From Jimgerdemannia flammicorona (taxonomy: Eukaryota): 33,270 nucleotides of DNA. The translations under genes were made by a program, and so were the position numbers. Positions 10,625 to 21,293 of this stretch are shown here, in pieces. Location of the stretch: positions 1 to 33,270 of the forward strand of contig RBNJ01000318.1 of the NCBI GenBank assembly GCA_003990765.1, written 5' to 3'. Below the pieces are notes generated by a model. The model searched no databases and was not told the origin of the DNA. It was given only the letters and a program-made list of their open reading frames with translations. Each line of letters opens with the position of its first letter. Positions within the stretch are counted from its first letter, which is position 1.

Positions 10625-10937
10625 CAGCATGTCCTGTGACCAACAGACTATCTGTCTGGACCATTCTCTAAGGGATATGGTACTGGCAACTACTCATCCG
10701 TGAGACTTTCGCAGTCAGAGGAGTTTGAACCATCAACTGATTGGTCAAGATCAGAATCAGGCCCTTGCTCTATATGAAGGGAGCGACCCTTCACCATCAC
10801 GCCAAAATACAAAGAGAAGATGCCAGCCCATAAACACTAGTTTTCGACCCCTTGCCAGAGGTTATGGGATCAGTAAATTTTTCAGGACTGGACCAATGAA
10901 TAAGGATGCTCAGGAAGATTCTTATTCAGGAGGAAGA

Positions 10938-12392
10938 TGTAATGGTGACCCCAGAATGATGACATCAGCACAGGAGACAGCCTTTCCTTATAAGCCACCA
11001 GATCAGAGCATAAGAAGATCATACAGTATACGAGATGAGCAATAATGACCAACTGTGAGTCATTGTGACCACAGCATGAGTATCCTGAAGAATATAAAAG
11101 AAGGATCAAGAAACTGCAGTAGCAGCAACCAACAAGAATCACCAATCCCAAAATAGCTCAAAGACTTACCACAAACAAAATGTCTACTGCCCGCCAAACC
11201 TCAAGGTCAAGAAATCACCAAGGTATCTTAGTCGAGGAAAGGATATTCCAAGACATCAGAAGAGCCATGAGAACCTACTCAAGAAGGACTCTTAGCATCA
11301 ACCTGGATACTGCAGACTCTTATCACTTTATTCTCTACTGCTGTGAAATGGAAACAAGGATCACCATTGCTATCAAATGCCTCCAAATGTGGCAGGAGTA
11401 CAAAATAGGAAACCTCCTCTACCGGGAGTTCCCACAGACCAGCACCCAAGAGCTACAAGATGCCACTCCCATGAATATATACGAAACAAGGACAGCTAGG
11501 AAGATCCATCAGATCTTCAGGTATGTACTATGATCAATCTCCAACTTGGAATATGTTAGAGTCTCAGATTTCAGAGACCTATCATCCCACCATATCAATG
11601 CACTAGAAGCCAGAGTGACTACAGAAGCCCAGTCCACTATCACCCTCAACAGCAAAGAAGTAGAAGACTTCTGGCATCCTATCCTTTAGGACAACCCAGA
11701 TCAATTCCTGCAAGGATTGATCTCAGTATTCTAAGGCCCAAGTATCCAGATTAGATCTCCCCAAGACCCCACATTTGTTCCTTATTTTGTAGAAGAGAAC
11801 CTCATAGACTGGAGAGCTCCAGACCTTGTCCCCGATTTCCCTGCCACAGCCGAATGTGATGACGTCATCAATGACATCATCTCGTGTAACATCGAAGTAT
11901 GCGAAAACGACAAATTCGCAGATCTCATCTCCTTCAGTAATGATGATAATAAAGCCCCCATAATCCTGAACTTTCTGCTCTAAGTTCTTTGTTACACTGG
12001 ATAATGCCAGCACCAGCATTCTGAGGTGACACAAAATTATTTCAGCACTGGTATTTTGATGTGATACTAAATAATACCGGTCCTAGAACTTAGTAGTTTT
12101 AGTTATTGGAATTTATATTTAGCTTTATATCTTAGCAACCATTGAATTATATTTTGTATAATACCTCTCTTATTTCCTCTGAAATAAAGTCAGTTCTGGT
12201 TTCACTTACACACACTTCCTTACAAGCAATCTAAGAGATAACAAGACAGTTAAAGATAAGAAGTTTGAGGACTATAAGATCTTGGGAAGGCACTCCAATA
12301 AGAACTTGCTTATAACAACTTGAGTTAGTCTAAGAGATACACCTTGAAGAGAATCTGGCATATTTGAAGGACTCAGCGACCACTACGTGACA
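10938..12392 (+). repeat. Putative 3' LTR of element 2 (~1.45 kb)
   Basis: Purine tract AGGAGGAAGA (10928-10937) followed by TGTAATG; ends CGTGACA at 12392, exactly where CpG depletion stops; TATAAAA at 11093 and AATAAA at 12183. An alternative start (TGTTAC at 11990) lacks a PPT. Confidence 0.55.
11180..11983 (+). pseudogene. Accessory ORF of unknown function in element 2 (268 codons, three internal stops)
   Basis: The 117-aa ORF continues in frame through TGA 11531, TAG 11686 and TAA 11731 to TAA 11981-11983; TATA box 87 bp upstream; acidic C-terminus. Confidence 0.6.
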
Positions 12393-12605
12393 ATATGCGT
12401 ATACGCCATTCATGCGTTTCAATATACGTCATAGAATACGGGCGAATACGAGCGCAGGGATTTAGATATGCGTATACGCCATTCATGCGTTTCAATATAC
12501 GTCATAGAATACGGGCGAATACGAGCACAGGGATTTGGATGTATGCTTCATGCGTTTCATTGTATACGGGGGTACGCCATTCATGCGCAATTTCAGTGTA
12601 CGCCA
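12393..12605. repeat. 73-bp tandem repeat (two near-identical copies plus a degenerate third)
   Basis: ATATGCGTATACGCCATTCATGCGTTTC...GGGATTTRG at 12393-12465 and 12466-12538 with 2 mismatches; fragments continue to about 12605. Confidence 0.95.
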
Positions 12606-14459
12606 ATTTGTTAGTAGAAAAGGAAGTAGAAAAAACCTGTTCATTCGCGATAGACTAAGAACTAACCATCATTTGGGTATTCTAAATTTTACGTGGCAGC
12701 CAAGTTGACGCGTTTTAGATTTCTTCACAAATCGGCCAACCGACTATTTTATTCACAAAGGGTGAGAGTGAGTGCTGGTCAATTATCCCTGCTGGCATGA
12801 GGCTCCTAGCAAGTTTCCAAATCCCTTACGAAAGTCCTTTCCATATGGATGAACCATCAACTGTTTTCGCTGTGTGCCGTTGAACGCCTTCACCTGTTAT
12901 ACTTTCGACAGCATGCAATATAATTATATCGGTACTTCACAGAAGGAGTGCTGCTCTTCCAACGGCCACACCGGTTTGGAAGTTGCTGGCCGTTAGCTTG
13001 TATTCCTACTTGGCCTGGAGCACAAGAAGCATTATGAACTCTTTTTAAGGTATGGAATGTGGTATTGAACATATATTATGATGAACGAGGGAAGTAGACA
13101 GTTATAAAAAAAAAAAAGGGAGTGTATTCATGTCCGCTTGTTCACTCACGCTTCCACACGGTCACCTCTAATCAGTACCACGATCCTTGCCAAAGCTGGA
13201 CTCTGCGACATGATCAACAACGATTCTGCCGGACCTATGGCGACTATCTGGGGACTAATCCACTTTACATTCAAAAATAAAATAAATAGCACACCACGTT
13301 GCGGGACTACCGTGGTCGTACCTGCGACAAAGGTTTCTCGCTGTGGCGCCGGCAAGCGTCGACAAGGTAGCCATCGAGAGTGATGGTCAGCTGTAATAGG
13401 TGGAACGGGACTACGGAGGCTCGAGATGCATATACGGTTGCAAGCGACTGCTTATAGAGCGAATTGTAAGATGTATATGGAGCTGCCCGAGGTCGATATG
13501 TCTGAGGGTTAGACAGGAGGTACAGCTTCAAGGGGTTAATGCTCAGGGAGGATGAGTTGTGATTAGTTGATTGAGCAGAAAGATACGCGATGTAAACAGA
13601 TTTGGTGGAGAATACACCGTTGGAGAAGGATTTGCTGTCGCGTTACGCTTCCACCTTTTCGTCAGCCAACTCTTTATCACTTGGCGACGATCAATGATAC
13701 ATCACTTTTTTTATTATTATCGCCGACAAACCGTTCAGGTTTTGATGTTGAAGCAAGATGTCATCGTTACGTTCTCTCACGATAGGTTAGCCGCTAGGAA
13801 GCAGCCGCGGGTTAAAGTGCTGTTTGGTACTGTTTGTCAGAATATCAATGATGGTTTCGATAATGACCCTACTTTCTATTTTCCTATTTCTGTTGTAGAC
13901 AGATTGATAGTCTCCCTCAAAAAAAGAGGAGGGATAATGTCTTCTCTCCATGTTATCCTCGTTGGGCCACTCATTATTTACGTGGGGGAGATACATCAAA
14001 GTATTGCTTATGACGGATTCCAGTTTTCGTTTTACTAAAGCGAATGTCGGCTACCATTCTTCAATCAAGTCATTCAAAAACATCAACCACACAGTGGCGT
14101 GGCGTGTGAACTTTTTCTCTCCCCAGGCTTGGAGTATTCAAAGAGGTAGGTAGAATCGACGTTCTGGCCACGCGAGACTAACAACCCCAGCGTGTCCGAG
14201 ACATGTTATCGCCCCGAAGATCGCCGGGCGAGGGTTTCGCTGTTTTTTTTTTTTTTCAAGATGCCCTGATTGACCATCCGAGTCTATCTGTGATTCCGGA
14301 TCAGAAATGCAGAACTTCACGTGAAGAGCCGGAAGGCCCGGCAGTGTCCCCAGGAGTTGCCAGTTTCTTTTGGGTGATTGGTAAAAAATTTGGACTTGAA
14401 CCTCTTTAAGTCCGCTCGTCCCATTCCCCCAACCTCCCTACCCCATACCTCTACTTCGA

Positions 14460-17400
14460 ATGTCTTTGAGAGCCCTCCTCACCTCCCGTACTTTGCTGAG
14501 AACTTCCGCTATATCCCCTATCCCTAAGCAAATGGTACGTGTTCCCATTGGTTTATAGGGCCTGGCGCGGTGGTGATCCGGTGAGGGTGGAATGAATCAG
14601 TGAATATGTTTGTCGCCATATCCATGATACGAATCGGAGCTTTTGAAATGGACGCGCATATACGCTCCTGTGGCCAAAAACCCGATCCAATCTTTGAAAG
14701 TCATAGCCTTTCCAACCTGTCTCGCTAGCGTTCTGCTGATCATATCAACCTCTTTTATTCCGATCACCAACACCTCCAGACCGCAAATACTATGCTTCGC
14801 CGTAACTACACTGCTGCCGCGGTCAGCCTCCCCGCCGACAACTCCGTGGGCCATATGCTCCGTTATCAGAAGGCGATGCCCAAGCTCCCTGTCCCCGCCC
14901 TAGGGGCGACACTGGACAAGTACCTGCGGTCAGTACGTCCGCTGCTCTCGGACGCCGACTACGCCAAAACGGTAGTGGCCGTGGAGGAGTTCCGCGCTCC
15001 CGGTGGGCCCGGCGAGAAGCTACAGGAGCGCCTGCTGGCTAAGGCTCAGGACCCCAAGACCGTGAACTGGCTCGAGGATTGGTGGAACGAACTAGCCTAC
15101 TTTGGGTATCGTGACCCCGTCGTGATCTACGTGAGCTACTTCTTCGCGTACAGGGACGACAGGCTTAGAAGGGCGCCGGCGGCGAGGGCCGCGAGCATTG
15201 CTACGGCCGCGTTGGAGTTCAGGAAGCAGGTTGTCAAGTGAGTAGTGTGTGAGGGAATCCTGGGAGGTGTTGATGGAGAGCGACATCCCATGATGGTCGT
15301 TCGAATAGCATCACCCATCGCAATTCCCATCGCAATTGGTCAGTAGCATCTCGACCGTCTCGCAACCTCGCTCGTTATATTGACTTCCCCGCCTTCCACC
15401 ATAACCGCGCCAGTCAAACCATCGAATACGAGTTCGCCAAGAACGATCCCCTCTGCATGGACTCATATAAGTGGATGTTTAACGCCTGCCGTATGCCCGC
15501 CAAGCCCTCCGACTACGAGGTCGTCTTTGACCCGACCATGCACAATCACATCGTCGTCATGAGGCATAACCAATTCTACGTCGTGGAGACGCAACAGGAC
15601 GGGAGGCAGCTGAGCACCGCGGAGTTGGAGGCGTGAGTATTTTGAGAGTCTGTTTCTGGAGCTATTGGAGGGGGTGTCGGTAGGACGAGAGATGATAAAA
15701 GGTATATTTGTTCGCATTGATAATTGTGTGGCTTAATACATACATTTTATTGACTCTTGCCTGAACTTTCCCGATCCCTTGCAGTCAATTCGCCAATATC
15801 ATCGCTCAGGCTGGTGACAAGAAGGACCCCGCAATTGGTGCACTGACCGCTGAGAATCGTGATGTCTGGACTGACGTGAGTAATGGACGAACGCCCTTTT
15901 GTTATTGGCGTCAAGTCATCCCTTTCTCCGAGCTCAAACCTTTTATGCCGCCTCTTTTTGTTCCGTACGACCCCAACTCACCTGACCGTTCTCTGCCGTT
16001 TTGTTCTGCCAACCCATGCACCTTTCTTACAGTGCCGCGACCTTCTCGTCAAGGCGCATCCCTCCAACAAGGCTGCCCTCGAGAAGATCGAGTCCTCTGT
16101 TTTCCTCATCTGTCTCGATGACACCGCTCCCGTCACCCGTGATGAGGTCTCACGCGCCTGTTGGCACGGCGACGGCCGCAACCGCTTCTACGACAAGAGC
16201 TTGCAATTCATCGTGTTCGAGAACGGCAAGGCTGGGTTCATGGGTGAGGTAGGGGGTCGAGTTTGATATTTTATTGCGGGTTGGGGATTTCACCAAAGAG
16301 AGTGTGATCAAGAGGGGCAAGGTAAAGGCGACGGATGTCTAAAGATATAATAGGGCTGGCGTGACTGGACAGAGTAGACATGGCGATGTTAACCAACTGT
16401 AACGAGGAGTGAATACAAATGCCCCAAATGCTGGTTTACTGACATTTCAACATTCCTATCCAGCACTCCAGCATGGACGGCACCCCCACCTCTCGCCTGA
16501 ATGATTTCGTTTTGACCGAGTATGTGTGCTCTTGTCTTTAGTTAATTCAATATATGTGCGAATACGATCACGCTAAACTCTCAACGTAATGTTACCCCAA
16601 ATACAGGCTTGCCAAGAACAAGATCGACCACGGCTCCCCCCAAGTTCGCTCCAACCTCCCCACGCCCAGCAAGATTCAGTTCCACCTCAACCACGACGTG
16701 CATAAGGCGATCGATTCCGCCTTGCAGACCTTTGACTCGCTGATCGGGTCGCATGACCTGCACGTGCTCGCCTACAACGGCTACGGCAAGAACTTGATCA
16801 AGCGGTTCAAGACCTCGCCTGATGCCTACGTGCAAATGATCATCCAGCTCGCCTACTATAAGATGTTCGGCGTCAGTCGCCCCACCTACGAGAGCGCCCA
16901 GGTCCGCAAGTTCCAGCATGGCCGCACCGAGACCTGCCGCACCGTCTCCCTCGAGAGCGTCGCTTGGGTTAAGGCCATGGAAGACCCCAGCGTGCCTATC
17001 GACAAGAAGGCATTGCTCGGGAGGGAGGCCATCAAGAGCCACATCAAATACATGACTGATGCCGTGGAGGCGCATGGTGTGGACAGGCATTTGCTCGGTA
17101 GGTTTTACCAGCTTGGTTTACACTCCTGGGTATACTTTTATTCACGACTCCAACTACAATTGTCATCGTCCTATTTCCCCACACAGGTCTCCGCCTCTCG
17201 CTCAAGCCCGACGAGACGAAGCCTGCACTCTTCACGGATCCCGCCTACGCCTACTCATCGCACTGGTACCTATCAACGTCGCAGTTGACATCGGAATACT
17301 TTGAGGGCTACGGATGGGGCGAAGTGCAGCCGGATGGCTTCGGCATTGCCTACATGATCAAGAACAACTCCCTGCACTTCAACGTGGCCAGTGTCAAGGA

Positions 17401-17533
17401 CCTGACAGTGCACGGCACCAAGTACGTTGCCGGCACGCAAAAGATGCGCGCGTACCTGGAGGAGGCGGCGGACGATATGCGGCACGTGTTCGAGGCCGGG
17501 TTACCTGCGGAGCCGATCAAGGCTAAGCTTTAG
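14460..17533 (+). CDS. CAT2: Carnitine O-acetyltransferase, mitochondrial/peroxisomal; exons 14460-14534, 14780-15237, 15414-15632, 15785-15875, 16033-16248, 16464-16519, 16607-17097, 17187-17533
   Basis: MPKLPVPAL, NWLEDWW..AY, GRNRFYDKSLQF, GE|HSSMDGTP (catalytic His), SPDAYVQMIIQLAY, TYESA..F.HGRTET, WYLSTSQ and GFGIAY; all junctions are GT-AG and in frame; Arg/Leu/Ser-rich leader; C-terminal AKL. Confidence 0.96.
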
Positions 17534-17732
17534 AAACAATGGTTCATTATTGCAGGAGTGAAAACATCATTTAGAGGACTCAATAAAGTAGCAAGGCCAG
17601 ATGTGTTGGCCCAGAACGATTTCTAATTAATGCTGCGGATGTTGGTGACACCTTCCATGTCGGGCAAGCGCTTATATCATGCTTTGTTGTGCATCAACCA
17701 CCCAAACATCCTCTTCTGTCCAAACACAAACC

Positions 17733-18788
17733 ATGACCTTCTGCCTGAATCTCTTGCCCGAAGACATCATCCTCAACATTTTCAAGCGTACCTCCAACCC
17801 TCAAAACTTTGCTCGCGTCTCTCAAGACTTCCGCACTCTGTCCAAGGAGCCGCGCTTCAAGGCCCACTGGTTCGTACACCACTATGGCCCTCGCTTCGCT
17901 CTCTACTATGCCATCCTCCGCATGCCCCAGTCCTGTACGGACACTTTGGTCAGCACCCTCGTCAACTGCGGCGCCATCATCCCGCGTTACCTTGTCCAAA
18001 TGCTTGTGCAGTTCTACCACGGCCCCCGCCGTTTCCTCGCCGAAGGCGACGACAAGATCCCGCCCCTCCAGTTCGCCTCCAGCAAGCTCCCATTCACGGG
18101 CTACGCCTATATCGTCAACCACGCCTGGAGCCGCTACGGCGATATTTGGGGCGCTGGGCGGTCGGACGACCTCATGCTCTTCATCAAGTATGCGGGGTAT
18201 CGATCCCGAGAGCATCGCAACATCGATCGCCTCAACGACCTGATCCACACCTATAGCTTCATCCCGCTCCCACTCCCGGACACGGGCGTCATGCGCAACA
18301 TTATCCACCTGGCCAGTGAATACCCAGACATCTTCTGCCACTTCGCCGACATGTTTCTCTTTGACCGCTCTGTCCGCATGCACACCTGGAAGATCGCCCT
18401 CCTCTACCTCCTGGATTACACGCAGACCCCGCGCGATCCCGAGCGCCGCGTGTTCATCGTGCGCGGACTCAATAGGTGCTTTGGGGACGGGAAGCCGCCC
18501 CCATTTGATGATAAAGCTGTGTTCAAAACCGCGTTCGCGGTGACGTTCGTGCACGTCCTCGAGAGGCAGACCGATTGGCATGTGCTTGTGAACGTGTTGA
18601 AGCAGGTTGAAGAGGACATTAGGCTCACGTTCTCGGTCGAGGAGGCCGCGAGGGAGATGCTCGAGGCAAGAGACCAGAGGAAGGATCTGTGCGCTGCGCT
18701 GGTCGAGTTTCTGGGATTCGATATGGAGGAGGTGGAGAAGACAGGCGCGGCGTTGAACGGGGGGAGACATAATTGGATTTGGAGGTGA
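17733..18788 (+). CDS. Intronless 351-aa protein with an N-terminal F-box-like motif
   Basis: ATG at 17733; LNLLPEDIILNIF..NPQNFARVSQDFRTLSKEP resembles an F-box; strong C/G third-position bias. The remainder is not recognised. Confidence 0.8.
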   Translation: MTFCLNLLPEDIILNIFKRTSNPQNFARVSQDFRTLSKEPRFKAHWFVHHYGPRFALYYAILRMPQSCTDTLVSTLVNCGAIIPRYLVQMLVQFYHGPRRFLAEGDDKIPPLQFASSKLPFTGYAYIVNHAWSRYGDIWGAGRSDDLMLFIKYAGYRSREHRNIDRLNDLIHTYSFIPLPLPDTGVMRNIIHLASEYPDIFCHFADMFLFDRSVRMHTWKIALLYLLDYTQTPRDPERRVFIVRGLNRCFGDGKPPPFDDKAVFKTAFAVTFVHVLERQTDWHVLVNVLKQVEEDIRLTFSVEEAAREMLEARDQRKDLCAALVEFLGFDMEEVEKTGAALNGGRHNWIWR

Positions 18789-19596
18789 TAACACCGGAGT
18801 GGCTGGGAATGAACAATTGAAATGCATTCTAGACGTGGGAAATTTTCTCAATGGATGTCAATGCATACGGTTATTATTGGAACTGTCTTATTTCCATCGT
18901 TATTATCTAATTGTATATTATATCTACTGCGTCCAGCTCCGTGTTTAGTACACGTTTTTTTTTTTTTTTTTTTTTAAGCTGATTGTATTTCATCTAGTAT
19001 CTGAGCATCGCAACGTTGCTTGTTCAGATCCTTGGCGCATCCTATGTGAAAGCCGTACAAACATCCTGTTTGGGTGGATAGATCTTATTATTCTGACTAG
19101 ATTCTGCTTTTGTTTGCATACATTCCGACCTTTTTTCCCGGAGAAACCATACATCTATAATATCCGACTAATTTATTTACTCGTAGAACATCCCGATATC
19201 TTTAAAAATAAAAATAAAAAAAAAATAGGAATCCATTGTATCTAAATCCTGACAAATTCATTTACTGGCAAAAAAAAAAAAAAAAAAAAAAAAAAAAGAA
19301 AACCAATTTTAAAAAACCCTGACAAATTTATTTTAGGAAAAAAAAAAAAAAAAAAAAAAAAAGGTAAACCTCTTTATGAAGAGCAGAATTTATACTTTTC
19401 TTTTTCTTTTCTAACCCAACCCAACCACTTACCCATCTGCTAGGCACACGCCCTTTCGCACAAAGATAAATATTCAACAAAGAAAAAAAATCATGCCGAT
19501 CCCACAGAAGAACCCAATCTCAACCGCAAAGGAAAATACCCTCCCAACAGAAAGAAAAACTTAATGATACCACTAGAAAACTCATTCATCAACCCA

Positions 19597-21293
19597 CTAT
19601 TCCTGAGCCACCAACGTCACGTCCTTGCTCTGCCAGTCCACAATATGCATCTCTTCCTGGCGCCTGTAGACCCAGTGATTGGCGCCCGTCTCGTCCACGT
19701 AGATATCCTCCTCCAAGCGGAACGGTACGACCTGCCCATCCCACTCGGGAATCGGAACCAACGCTTGAAGCTCCACCGAGAACCAGCTGTTGGGGATGAC
19801 CTTGAGGTCGCCTTTTTTTTTTTTTTTTTTTTTTTGTGGGAGAATAAGTTATGGTGTCATTTTTTGTTTTTTGTTTTTTTTTGTTTTTTTGTCCTCGCGC
19901 ACGGGTGGAAAATTTACCTTTTCCGGGAATGCTCTCCTGAAGGTTGACCATACCGATAAGGGGTCCGGCGCTATGGCCCCTGTGGGTTGTGTTTCAAGAG
20001 TTTGATGGAATAGAATCGAATTAGGTTGTACACAAGGGCGGCTCCAGAAAGAAACAGCAAGGCCAGTCAAACAGAAAGCGCAACCCCACATACCAATCCC
20101 CGATCGGATGTGAATACACCGTGCCTGTGATCCCCTTTTCATTAATTCTCTCCAAGCTCGATGCCAAAATCTCATTTCCCGTCCTCTCAACCTTGATCTC
20201 CTCTTTCACGATGTCTTGCATGACGTTGGCATGTGAGCGCAATCCCTCGTGGATTCCTTCCGGGACCTCGTCCTCGCCATCGCGGAGCACGTAGCCGAGG
20301 TGCTGCGTGTCGGTGGCGAGGCCATACGCGACAACACCGACGTCGCACCAGAGGATGTCGCCGGGGAGGATAACGCGCACGGTACCCTCGGCCTCATTGG
20401 GCTTGGTGGAGTCATCACCGCGGCGGAAGACGTCGACGATGGGTTGGAACCATGTCGTCATGTTTTGAGCTTGGATGCGTTCGCGGAACCACCAGACCAC
20501 GTCCTGGAGCGGGATACAGTGGGTGGAGATGAGGTCAGATTATGGTAGATGCACGAAGTAGAGCTAATTTATGTTGTAATCGTAGGTTATGTTCTCATAC
20601 CTCTGTGGTGGTGACATGGGGGACAATCACATCGTCAGAGAAGGCCTCGGTGATCATGGCATGCACGGTCTCCATCACCTCCTTGTACGGTTGAATCATT
20701 GCTTTGACGCGAGTCTCAATAAGCTCGACGGCCAAACGAGGCTCACGCGTGACTTTAGCAAGGTTATGTTCGCCAAGAGCGAGCTCAATGGCCTCGCGCT
20801 CCCCGGCGTGCAAGCCGTCTGCGAAGGCAATATCGCTGTCGATGTTGAGGACGATGGTTTTTGGATTGGCGGCGTCGACGGCACTACGGAGGTCTGACCA
20901 TATCTGATCGGTATTGTCGACCAGGGTGTGGACCCTCACGGTGGTGGACTGTTGCAAAAGGCCCCAGAGACGTTTTTGCGTTACGCGCTCGAAGATCTGG
21001 AGGGTACGGCGGCGGGCGGCGAAGGTGGTGGCAGGCTTGAGACTCCAGAAAACGGTGTCCCCGGCATACTCGCGCTGTGAGACGATCCACAGATCGATGT
21101 TGTACTTATTGAGGAGGGCAGGGATGACATTGTTGATGCGTTCTTGACGCCAAGCGTCCTGTATCTTAGCCTGCTGGCGGAGGGAAGGAAGGCGGTGGTA
21201 CTTTGGAACGGGAAGTTGGACGGAGAGGACAAGGGTGGCGAAGATGATGACGAAAAAGAGGGAGGTAAGGCGAAGCCGTGTTGTTTGCGACAT
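19597..21293 (-). CDS. M24-family (Xaa-Pro aminopeptidase-like) metallopeptidase with a signal peptide or anchor; exons 21293-20601, 20503-20094, 19979-19918, 19811-19597
   Basis: Pita-bread metal ligands PGDILWCDVG, TDTQH, YSHPIGDWGHSAGP, WFSVE and LEED; hydrophobic N-terminus LFFVIIFATLVLS; in-frame GT-AG junctions. Confidence 0.92.

Noticed and set aside
11990..12392. Solo LTR TGTTAC...GTGACA
   Set aside because: No target-site duplication (TTCTT versus ATATG) and no adjacent PPT; kept only as an alternative LTR start.
13571..14038. 155-aa plus-strand ORF
   Set aside because: Non-ATG start, no motifs, and no coding-type codon bias.
16581..17090. 169-aa minus-strand ORF
   Set aside because: Antisense shadow of CAT2 exon 7.
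17694..18851. 385-aa antisense ORF over the F-box-like gene
   Set aside because: Shadow frame caused by strong third-position G/C bias of the sense gene; no domain.
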